Shown here piece by piece: positions 56,314 through 63,313 of a stretch of 63,313 nucleotides of DNA. Source of the stretch: an uncultured Oscillospiraceae bacterium (GTDB lineage Bacteria > Bacillota > Clostridia > Oscillospirales > Oscillospiraceae); NCBI GenBank assembly GCA_904395905.1, contig CAJFNZ010000116.1, forward strand, positions 1-63,313. Reading direction: 5' to 3'. The notes beneath the pieces were generated by a model that did not search any database, was not told where the DNA came from, and saw nothing but the letters and a program-made list of their open reading frames with translations. Made by a program: the position numbers and the translations under genes. The first letter of the stretch is position 1, and each line of letters starts with the position of its first letter.

Positions 56314-56341
56314 CTTATTTTTTGGCAATCCCGGACGATAT
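56314..56341 (+). promoter_or_regulatory. sigma28 promoter of the fliD operon
   Basis: CTTA-ttttttggcaatcccg-GACGATAT. Confidence 0.75.
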
Positions 56342-56374
56342 AAAAAGAGAGGAGTAAATGGAGTTTGCACTTTG

Positions 56375-56403
56375 ATTTTACTCAAAAGAACCCGGATTGT
56401 CAA
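56375..56403 (-). promoter_or_regulatory. sigmaA promoter of parA-comFB
   Basis: Minus strand TTGACA-atccgggttcttttgag(17)-TAAAAT. Confidence 0.75.
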
Positions 56404-56454
56404 TCATCAGCGTACCGCGGCTTCGCCCGGACGCCTCAGAAGGAGTGAAGACAT

Positions 56455-58836
56455 ATGGCATCAATCGGGAGTTTGACCGGAAGCACTTCTTCCACCAGCA
56501 GTATCTACGGAAATCGAAACAGCAACATCCTCTCCGGCCTGGCCAGCGGCCTGGACACGGAGTCCATGATTGAGGGGATGATTCAGGGCTACCAGCAGAA
56601 AATCACCTCCCTGGAGCAGGACCGCACCATCGTTCAGTGGAAGCAGGAGGCTTACCAGAGCATCTCCAACAAACTGGTGGAGTTTGCCAGAAAATACACC
56701 TCCTATTCCTCGGACACCAACCTGTTCAGCAGCAGTTTCTTCAACAACGCCATTCTCACCAGCGCCGTCGGCACCTATGCCGACAAGGTCACCGCCACCG
56801 GCAAGAGCAGCAGTGCGATTGTCCTCAACTCCATCAAGCAGCTGGCCACGGCTGCCCGGTATACCACCTCCGGCGGAATCGCCTCCAACGTCAGCGGCGG
56901 CGTGGCGGCCGGCGGCGCCATCGGCGATTTGACCAACCCGCACACGGTCAGCACCATGAGCGGCTCGCTCTCGTTCACCTACGGCAGCCAGGAGATTACC
57001 ATTGATTTTGACGAGCAGGAGACCTTCGCCAGGGCGGACGGCTCACTGGACACCGACGCCTTCCAGAAGGCCATCGAGGAGAAACTGGCCGAGCAGGACA
57101 TCGTCATCGGCGACAACACCTACAAGGCCGACGAGCGCATCGGCGTCACGGTCTCTCAGGACGGCACCGTCACCCTGAAGGACAAGTCCGGAGCCAACAA
57201 CAGCGTGTACATCAGCGGCGCCACCGGCGATTTGGCCGGCAAGGTGTCTTACAGCGGCGAGCGCCCCGCCTCCTTCCAGGTGACCACGACGGACGCCGTT
57301 GAGGAAATTCCCATGGGCGAGTACCTCTCCGGGAAGACCATCGAGGTGACGCTCAACGGCCAGACCAAGAAGATTACGCTGGGCGAAATCTCCATCTCCG
57401 ACCAGGCCAATCAGGACCAGGCGGCCGAAGCGGTCCGCAGCGCCCTGGAGACGGCCATCAACGACGCCTTCGGCCAGAACAAGGTTTCGGTTTCCCTGGA
57501 CGGCGGCCGGTTCTCGTTTGACGCGGGCAGCGGCAACACGTTCCACATCCAGTCGGAGATGGGCGAGGTCCTGGGCCTGGGCAACGGCGGCGTTGCCAAC
57601 TATGTCAATACCAGTCAGACGCTGGAGGACCTGCTGGGCACCGACGCCGACGGCAACCTCAAGGGCCTCAAGGCCAACGGCAGCGGTACCTACGACCTGG
57701 TCATCAACGGCGTCACCGTGGGCAGTTACGCCAAGGACACCGCGCTGGAGACAGTCATCAGCGCCATCAACAGCAACTCGGAGGCCGGCGTCAACGTCAG
57801 CTACTCCAAGCTGACCAACGAGTTTGTGTTCACCGCCAAGGAGACCGGCTCCGGCGGGAAGATTGCCTTTGGCGAGACCGACAGCACCGGCGCAGCCACC
57901 GATTTGGCGGCCGCCATCTTCGGCGCGGCCGACCAGGGCCAGGTGGAGGTCGGCAAAGACGCCATCTTCACCGCCAGTATCAACGGCGGGCAGGAGACGA
58001 CGTTTACCCGCAGCACCAACACCTTTGACATGGACGGGATGACCCTGACGCTCAAGGGCACGTTCTCGGTGGATGAGGCGGCCGGCGAAACCGGTGTCAC
58101 CTTCGCCAGCGAGACCGACGCCGATGCCGTTGTGGACGTTATCAAGCAGATGGTAACGGACTACAATGCCATCCTCAGCGAGGTCAAAAAGGCGTACACA
58201 GACATGCCCCTGGAGCAGTCTGACGGTTCGGAATACCTGCCGCTGACCGATGAGGACCGGGCCGACATGAGCGACAGCGCCATTGAGGCCTATGAGGAGA
58301 AGGCCAAGACCGGTCTCCTCTTCATGGATTCGGACCTGTCCTCCCTCTACAACGCCCTGCGCAGCGCCATTACCCCCAGCGGCGCCGACGGCTCGCTGCT
58401 CCGCTCCATCGGCATTGAGACCAGCTATTCCGACGGCCTGACCACCATCAGCCTGGATGAGGAGGCGCTGCGCCAGGCGTTGTCCACCAATCCGGACAGG
58501 GTCAAGGAGGCCTTTACCAAGAGCCAGGAAATGGGTGCGTCCACCGACGGCCTGATGGCCTCGATTCAGAAGGTTACGGACCGGTATGCCGCCACCACCG
58601 GCGCAACCAAGGGCATCCTTATCGAAAAGGCCGGCTCGCAGTATTCTCCCACCTCGGCGCTGAGCAACGCTATGCTCACGCAGATGGAGGAAATCGACAA
58701 CCAGATTGAGCGCTGGCAGGACAAGATGTCCGACCGGGTGGACTATTACACCAACAAATTCACCCAGCTGGAGATGCTCATTGCCCAGATGAACTCCCAG
58801 AGTTCCACCTTGGCCGGGCTGATGGGCGGCTACTAA
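56455..58836 (+). CDS. fliD: Flagellar filament cap protein
   Basis: 'SGLASGLDTESMI', 'KQLAT', 'NTFDMDGMTLTLK', 'LPLTD', 'IGIET', C-terminal 'KFTQLE..IAQMNSQS'. Confidence 0.95.
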   Translation: MASIGSLTGSTSSTSSIYGNRNSNILSGLASGLDTESMIEGMIQGYQQKITSLEQDRTIVQWKQEAYQSISNKLVEFARKYTSYSSDTNLFSSSFFNNAILTSAVGTYADKVTATGKSSSAIVLNSIKQLATAARYTTSGGIASNVSGGVAAGGAIGDLTNPHTVSTMSGSLSFTYGSQEITIDFDEQETFARADGSLDTDAFQKAIEEKLAEQDIVIGDNTYKADERIGVTVSQDGTVTLKDKSGANNSVYISGATGDLAGKVSYSGERPASFQVTTTDAVEEIPMGEYLSGKTIEVTLNGQTKKITLGEISISDQANQDQAAEAVRSALETAINDAFGQNKVSVSLDGGRFSFDAGSGNTFHIQSEMGEVLGLGNGGVANYVNTSQTLEDLLGTDADGNLKGLKANGSGTYDLVINGVTVGSYAKDTALETVISAINSNSEAGVNVSYSKLTNEFVFTAKETGSGGKIAFGETDSTGAATDLAAAIFGAADQGQVEVGKDAIFTASINGGQETTFTRSTNTFDMDGMTLTLKGTFSVDEAAGETGVTFASETDADAVVDVIKQMVTDYNAILSEVKKAYTDMPLEQSDGSEYLPLTDEDRADMSDSAIEAYEEKAKTGLLFMDSDLSSLYNALRSAITPSGADGSLLRSIGIETSYSDGLTTISLDEEALRQALSTNPDRVKEAFTKSQEMGASTDGLMASIQKVTDRYAATTGATKGILIEKAGSQYSPTSALSNAMLTQMEEIDNQIERWQDKMSDRVDYYTNKFTQLEMLIAQMNSQSSTLAGLMGGY

Positions 58837-58867
58837 TTCGGGCACGCCGGAAAGGATGCGACGGCCT

Positions 58868-59242
58868 ATGGATATGCGAGGCTATCAGCGATATCGCGAG
58901 GAATCCCTCCAGACCATGACCCAGGGGGAGCTGCTGCTGCTGCTCTACGACGAACTGGTCAAGCGCCTGACGCAGGCGGAGTTGGCGCTCTCCAAGGAAA
59001 ACTATCCCCTGATGGAGACGGCCGTGGACAAAAGCGTGGAGATTCTCCACTACCTGGACAGTACGCTGGACCATCATTACGCCATCAGCCAGAATCTGAC
59101 CCGGCTTTACGAGTTCTTCTGCTATGAACTGAGCCGAGTCAAGACCGGCCGGAACGCCACGGAACTGACGCGCGTCAAGACCATGGTGTCGGAGCTGCGG
59201 GAGAGCTTCCGTCAGGCTGATAAAAACCAGACCGACCGATAG
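58868..59242 (+). CDS. fliS: Flagellin export chaperone
   Basis: 'TMTQGELLLLLYD', 'YL..TLD..Y.IS.NL..LYEF', 'ELRESF'. Confidence 0.94.
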   Translation: MDMRGYQRYREESLQTMTQGELLLLLYDELVKRLTQAELALSKENYPLMETAVDKSVEILHYLDSTLDHHYAISQNLTRLYEFFCYELSRVKTGRNATELTRVKTMVSELRESFRQADKNQTDR

Positions 59243-59255
59243 GGGGGAAAGCGGG

Positions 59256-59648
59256 ATGCTGACCAGCCAGGACTGTGTTGCGGCGCTGTCCGTGGAGCGG
59301 AAGATGTACCTGGCCCTCTCGGAATTTCTGGACTTGACCGGGGAACTGTCCGACGCCGTGGAACGGCAGGACCAGGTGTCCGTGCAGCTGTTCCTGAATA
59401 TGCGGCAGGAGCAGGTCAACCTGCTGCGGGACTGCAAGACCCTCTTGCGCAAACAGTGCCGCAGCCTTCCGGGAGACGCCGGCAAGGCGCTGCGGGCAAT
59501 TCTCTCCGGGGAAGGCTCGGAGGCCACGGTTTCCGCGGAGCTCTGCCGGCAGGTGGAGAAAAACCGCCAGCTGCTGGAGCGGGCGGTGGCGGCAGACCGG
59601 CGCCTGAGCCGGCGCATGGGCGGCGATAAATCCTTTTACGGCAAATAG
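59256..59648 (+). CDS. Small helical protein, probable FliT/FlgN-like export chaperone
   Basis: All-helical 130-aa protein at the fliT position after fliD-fliS. No diagnostic motif recognised. Confidence 0.5.
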   Translation: MLTSQDCVAALSVERKMYLALSEFLDLTGELSDAVERQDQVSVQLFLNMRQEQVNLLRDCKTLLRKQCRSLPGDAGKALRAILSGEGSEATVSAELCRQVEKNRQLLERAVAADRRLSRRMGGDKSFYGK

Positions 59649-59670
59649 AACAGCGGCGCAGGCGACAAAA

Positions 59671-59700
59671 TCCCTCTGCCGGATAACACCGGCAGAGGGA
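59671..59700. terminator. Terminator hairpin between the fliD operon and the C39 gene
   Basis: Perfect 12-bp stem tccctctgccgg-ataaca-ccggcagaggga, preceded by AAAA. Confidence 0.8.
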
Positions 59701-59713
59701 GCTTGATGTCCGA

Positions 59714-60646
59714 TTACGGTTCCTGCGGCAGCGTGGAGATCCGCCACAGCGGCGCGCCGTTGGTGCGGCTGGAGGACAGCTCGTCGAGCAGCAGCTGGGG
59801 CTCCCAGGCCATGAGGCTCCGGTCGCGGCTGTTCGGGTCGGCCACCAGCACCTTTCCCTCCAGGGTAATCCCCCGGAGGAGGATGAAGTGCCCGTTGGCC
59901 GTGAAGTGCCCCGGCCCCATGAGCGCCACGAAGATGTAGCCCAGGGCCAGATTGCGGCACAGCTCCTCGGCGGTGAACTTCTGCCAGGACTCGGCCTCCA
60001 GGCCGAATGCCTCGGCGGTTCCCTGGACAATGGAGTGGTAGGAGCCGCTGCCGGGGCAGCAGTATCCGGCCTCATAGGCCCACTGGGCCATGTCCGCCGG
60101 ATTGACGAAGAGGTCGGTCAGGGTGGAGACCACCATGGCCATGGCGGTGGGACCGCAGCCGTAGCCGGCGATTGGGTCGGGGCCGTATCGGCTGGACGCC
60201 CAGGGCTCCTCGCCTTGATGGAAGTAGTAGACGTCTACGGGTCCGCCGGTGAGGATCTCATGGTTGGCATAGGTGGAAAACTCCGTAACCTTGGGGTCTT
60301 CGATGGGCAGATCCGACGCCACGGTCGGTTCGCTGACCAGCTGGTTTTCCGGCGGGTCTTCCGCCGGTTCTTCCGGCTCCGGCTCGGCCGGTGCGACGTG
60401 GGCGGCCACCTGGGCGCCAATGGACCGCAGGCCGTCCCAGGCCCCGGCAGCCAGGGTTTCCAGGCCGTGCAGGGCCCGGCCGCCCAGCTCCTTGGCCTGT
60501 TCGGCCAGCCAGACCGCCGGCCGGACAATTTCCTGGAACAGCTCCGGCTCCATCACCCGGCAGGCGGCCAGTTCCGCGCCCCCGATGCAGAGAACCGCCA
60601 GAAGCACGAAGAGAACGAGCCGCCGCCTGCGTTTGCGTTTTTCCAA
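59714..60646 (-). CDS. Membrane-anchored C39-like (papain-fold) peptidase
   Basis: Basic stretch plus TM; catalytic motifs 'YFHQ', 'GCGPTAMAMV' (Cys), 'GHFI' (His), 'ADPNS' (Asp). TTG start at 60646 inferred from the promoter position. Confidence 0.85.
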   Translation of the reverse strand: MEKRKRRRRLVLFVLLAVLCIGGAELAACRVMEPELFQEIVRPAVWLAEQAKELGGRALHGLETLAAGAWDGLRSIGAQVAAHVAPAEPEPEEPAEDPPENQLVSEPTVASDLPIEDPKVTEFSTYANHEILTGGPVDVYYFHQGEEPWASSRYGPDPIAGYGCGPTAMAMVVSTLTDLFVNPADMAQWAYEAGYCCPGSGSYHSIVQGTAEAFGLEAESWQKFTAEELCRNLALGYIFVALMGPGHFTANGHFILLRGITLEGKVLVADPNSRDRSLMAWEPQLLLDELSSSRTNGAPLWRISTLPQEP

Positions 60647-60680
60647 GAGGACCACTTCCACAGACGTCAAGAATGAACAA

Positions 60681-60709
60681 ATTATAACAAAGAAACGCGC
60701 CGTTGTATA
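60681..60709 (-). promoter_or_regulatory. sigmaA promoter of the C39 peptidase gene
   Basis: Minus strand TATACA-N17-TATAAT with TGn extension. Confidence 0.6.
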
Positions 60710-60773
60710 GGGGATTCCCGGGAATTCCGCAGGCGCTTTGCAGGCCGGCATACGCAGAAGGAGGGCTGTTCCC

Positions 60774-61478
60774 GTGCCACGAATCCAGTTGGAGAACGTC
60801 AGCAAATTCTACCGCCAGGAAAAACGCACGGTGGCGGCCGTCCAGGAAATCAACTTGACGGTGGAGCAGGGGGAGTTTCTCTTCGTCACCGGCAGCAGCG
60901 GCGCCGGGAAGAGCACCTTGCTTCAGCTGATATCCGGCAGTGTGGAGCCGAGCCGCGGCCGGGTCCTGTTTCTCCAGGAATCGCAGAAAGGGACGTTTGT
61001 GCGGCTGCGCCGGTTCCGGCGAATCAATATTGGCTACGTGCCGCAGATCTCTCAGCTGATGCGGCAGCGGACCATCGGGGAAAACCTTGCCATTGTGGCC
61101 CGGCTGGCCGGAGGCCGCCGCCAGGCGCCGGTGGCGGACCGGGTGCGGAAGGCGCTTCAGATGGTGGGGCTGAAAGATGTGGAGCAGCGCTACCCGGTGG
61201 AACTCTCCCAGGGGGAGTGCCGCCGGGTGGAGCTGGCCCGTGCCATCATCAACAGCCCGCCCATCCTGGTGCTCGACGAACTGACGGGCAACCTCGATGA
61301 GGACACCATCTGGGATATGCTGCTCCTCATCGACGAGCTGAACCGGCGGGGAACCACCGTCATCATGGCCACCCATGCCAAGCAGTTTGTCAACCTGATG
61401 CGCAAGCGGGTTCTCACGCTGGTGGACGGCCGGATCTTCGGCGACGTTCAAAAGGGGCGTTACGGCGACGTTGTCTGA
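60774..61478 (+). CDS. FtsE-like ABC ATPase, no permease partner adjacent
   Basis: 'GEFLFVTGSSGAGKST', 'ELSQGECRRV', 'DELTGNLD', FtsE-type tail 'GTTVIMATH...VN.M.KRV..L..G'. AAGGAGG RBS, GTG start. Confidence 0.85.
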   Translation: MPRIQLENVSKFYRQEKRTVAAVQEINLTVEQGEFLFVTGSSGAGKSTLLQLISGSVEPSRGRVLFLQESQKGTFVRLRRFRRINIGYVPQISQLMRQRTIGENLAIVARLAGGRRQAPVADRVRKALQMVGLKDVEQRYPVELSQGECRRVELARAIINSPPILVLDELTGNLDEDTIWDMLLLIDELNRRGTTVIMATHAKQFVNLMRKRVLTLVDGRIFGDVQKGRYGDVV

Positions 61479-61514
61479 GAGAACGGCCCTGTGGATACCG
61501 AAAATTAGGAGGAA

Positions 61515-63287
61515 ATGGAAATGAAGGATATCAAGCTGTCAAACAGGATGTGGGTAACCCAAGGCATCGTGTTCGTGCTGATGCTGGTGGTGACGGTGTT
61601 TGCCATCTGGACCTCCAGCCGGGTGCGGGTGGACTATGAGACCATTCTGTCCCACCCGGTCGCCGTGACGGACGCCGTGCAGGACAGTGAAATCCGTTTG
61701 AGCTCGGTTGCCCGCCGGCTGCGGGACATGGCGCTCTCCGGTTACAGCAGCGAGACGGTCGCCTCCATGCAGGAGGACCTGGCCCTGCTGGATGAGGATA
61801 TGGCCGCCATCGACCAGCTCTATGACGGAAGCGACGGCCTGGATACGGCTTACATCGATGCCGTCAACACCTGGCAGGCGGAGTTCAGTGAAATTGACGC
61901 CGCGCTGCAGAGCGGGAACAGCACAGAGGCCGCCGATTTGATTGTCAACCGCTGCACGCCGCTGCTGGAATCCGCGGTGGAGGCCGGCAACACGCTGCGG
62001 ACGCGCGTGCAGGCCAACGGGGACGCGATGGTGGCCGAGATTGACAGCGCTTTGACGCGGGATATTATCATCGCCATTGTGCTGCTGGTGGTGGTCTACG
62101 GCGTCAGTATGCTGCTGAACGTGCGGATGGTGCACGCCATCGTCAAACCCATCCGCAGCGCCGAGCAAGCCGTGCAGGCGTTCAGCCAGGGCAATCTCTC
62201 CGTCCCGCTCACCTACGAAGCCCGCAATGAAATCGGCAGCCTCTGCGGCGCCATCCGGGATTCTCAGAAGGTGGTCAACGGTCTGATTGGCGACATTGTC
62301 AACACCACGCAGCTGCTGGCCAACGGGGATCTGACCGCGGAAATCCGCCAGGAGTACCCGGGAGAATTCGCTCCCATCAAGGAGAACCTCCAATACCTGC
62401 TGGGGCAGCTGAACAGCACCATGGGCAACATCCTCCAGGCTTCCGACCAGGTGGCGGCCGGGGCGGACCAGGTGTCCACCGGCGCCCAGGGCCTGGCGCA
62501 GGGCGCGACCGAGCAGGCCAGCGCCGTGGAGGAGCTCTCCGCCACCGTCAGCGAGATGGACAGCCACGCCCAGGAGAATGTCAAGACGGCCACAACCGCC
62601 AAGGAAAAATCCGACCAGGCTGCCGGGCAGGTGGCCATCAGCAACGAGAAAATGCAGGAAATGCGCCGGGCGATGCTGGATATTTTGTCGGGCCAGAAGG
62701 AAATCAGCAAGATTATCGAGACCATCGAGAACATCGCGTTCCAGACCAATATTCTGGCCCTGAACGCCGCCGTGGAGGCCGCCCGGGCCGGTTCCGCCGG
62801 CAAGGGCTTCGCCGTGGTGGCCGACGAGGTGCGGAACCTGGCCTCCAAGTCCGACCAGGCCGCCAAGCAGACGAAGAAGCTCATCGGGGATTCCATGGCC
62901 TATGTGGACCGGGGCAACGAGCTGGTGGACGACGTGGTCAAAAGCATGGAAAAGACCGTGGAGTACGCCAAGACGGCGATTGCGTACATGGATCGGCTGG
63001 CCGACGACTCCGTCGCCCAGGCGGAGGCGATTTCCCAGCTGACCACCGGCATCGATCAGATTTCCGCCGTGGTGCAGACCAACTCGGCCACCAGCGAGGA
63101 GAGTGCGGCGGCCAGCGAGGAGCTGTCCTCCCAGGCGGTGGTGATGAAGCAAATGATTCACAAGTTCCGCATCAGCGGCGCGGACGGCGGCGGCGAGCCG
63201 GCGGCCGTCGGAGCCGGCAGCTACGGTGACACCGGCAGTTCCGGCTTTGAGATGAGTTCGGCTGCCAACCGTTTCAGCAAGTATTGA
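61515..63287 (+). CDS. Methyl-accepting chemotaxis protein (4HB sensor, HAMP, signalling domain)
   Basis: Two TMs; hairpin tip '[35 protein letters not shown]'; methylation helices 'QASAVEEL', '[11 protein letters not shown]'. Confidence 0.97.
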   Translation: MEMKDIKLSNRMWVTQGIVFVLMLVVTVFAIWTSSRVRVDYETILSHPVAVTDAVQDSEIRLSSVARRLRDMALSGYSSETVASMQEDLALLDEDMAAIDQLYDGSDGLDTAYIDAVNTWQAEFSEIDAALQSGNSTEAADLIVNRCTPLLESAVEAGNTLRTRVQANGDAMVAEIDSALTRDIIIAIVLLVVVYGVSMLLNVRMVHAIVKPIRSAEQAVQAFSQGNLSVPLTYEARNEIGSLCGAIRDSQKVVNGLIGDIVNTTQLLANGDLTAEIRQEYPGEFAPIKENLQYLLGQLNSTMGNILQASDQVAAGADQVSTGAQGLAQGATEQASAVEELSATVSEMDSHAQENVKTATTAKEKSDQAAGQVAISNEKMQEMRRAMLDILSGQKEISKIIETIENIAFQTNILALNAAVEAARAGSAGKGFAVVADEVRNLASKSDQAAKQTKKLIGDSMAYVDRGNELVDDVVKSMEKTVEYAKTAIAYMDRLADDSVAQAEAISQLTTGIDQISAVVQTNSATSEESAAASEELSSQAVVMKQMIHKFRISGADGGGEPAAVGAGSYGDTGSSGFEMSSAANRFSKY

Positions 63288-63313
63288 GTCCGGGGCGCCG
63301 TCCGGCCGGCAGG

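Noticed and set aside
60647-60805. N-terminal extension of the C39 ORF overlapping the FtsE-like gene
   Set aside because: A sigmaA promoter lies inside the extension and the basic+TM leader begins near 60646, so the longer start is probably an ORF-caller artefact.
1-63313. tRNA, rRNA, CRISPR arrays, transposases, integrases, frameshifted pseudogenes
   Set aside because: None recognised by eye; all identified genes appear intact.

Overview
A GC-rich window from a Clostridia-type genome. The gene repertoire suggests an Oscillospiraceae-like gut anaerobe, which is an inference. About 54 kb is one large flagellar/chemotaxis island: cheAWRB; a fliK-like/flhB-C-like/PilZ/two-giant-SLH-protein operon; the flgB-to-fliA-flgFG-cheCDV operon; EAL-HDOD, GGDEF-EAL and PilZ genes; a parA-comFB pair; fliD-fliS-chaperone; a C39 peptidase; an orphan FtsE-like ATPase; and an MCP. 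The left end carries a DeoR regulator, an ABC exporter and an MBOAT/DHHW O-acyltransferase pair. The best candidate for an undescribed system is a ParA ATPase translationally coupled to a partner made of a basic N-terminal peptide, a long Pro/Glu linker and a ComFB (c-di-NMP-receptor family) domain. It lies in a cluster where flhF/flhG are absent from their usual place, and its sigmaA promoter faces the sigma28 promoter of fliD head-on. Other highlights: a sigma28 consensus readable from three promoters, which places a standalone comFB in the late flagellar regulon; a structured RNA between the TIGR02530-type gene (BECR/RelE-like motif) and flgE; a Na+-type stator with Met at the ion-selectivity position; and S-layer proteins coupled to export-switch homologues. 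All product calls come from motif recognition by eye; no database searches were run.
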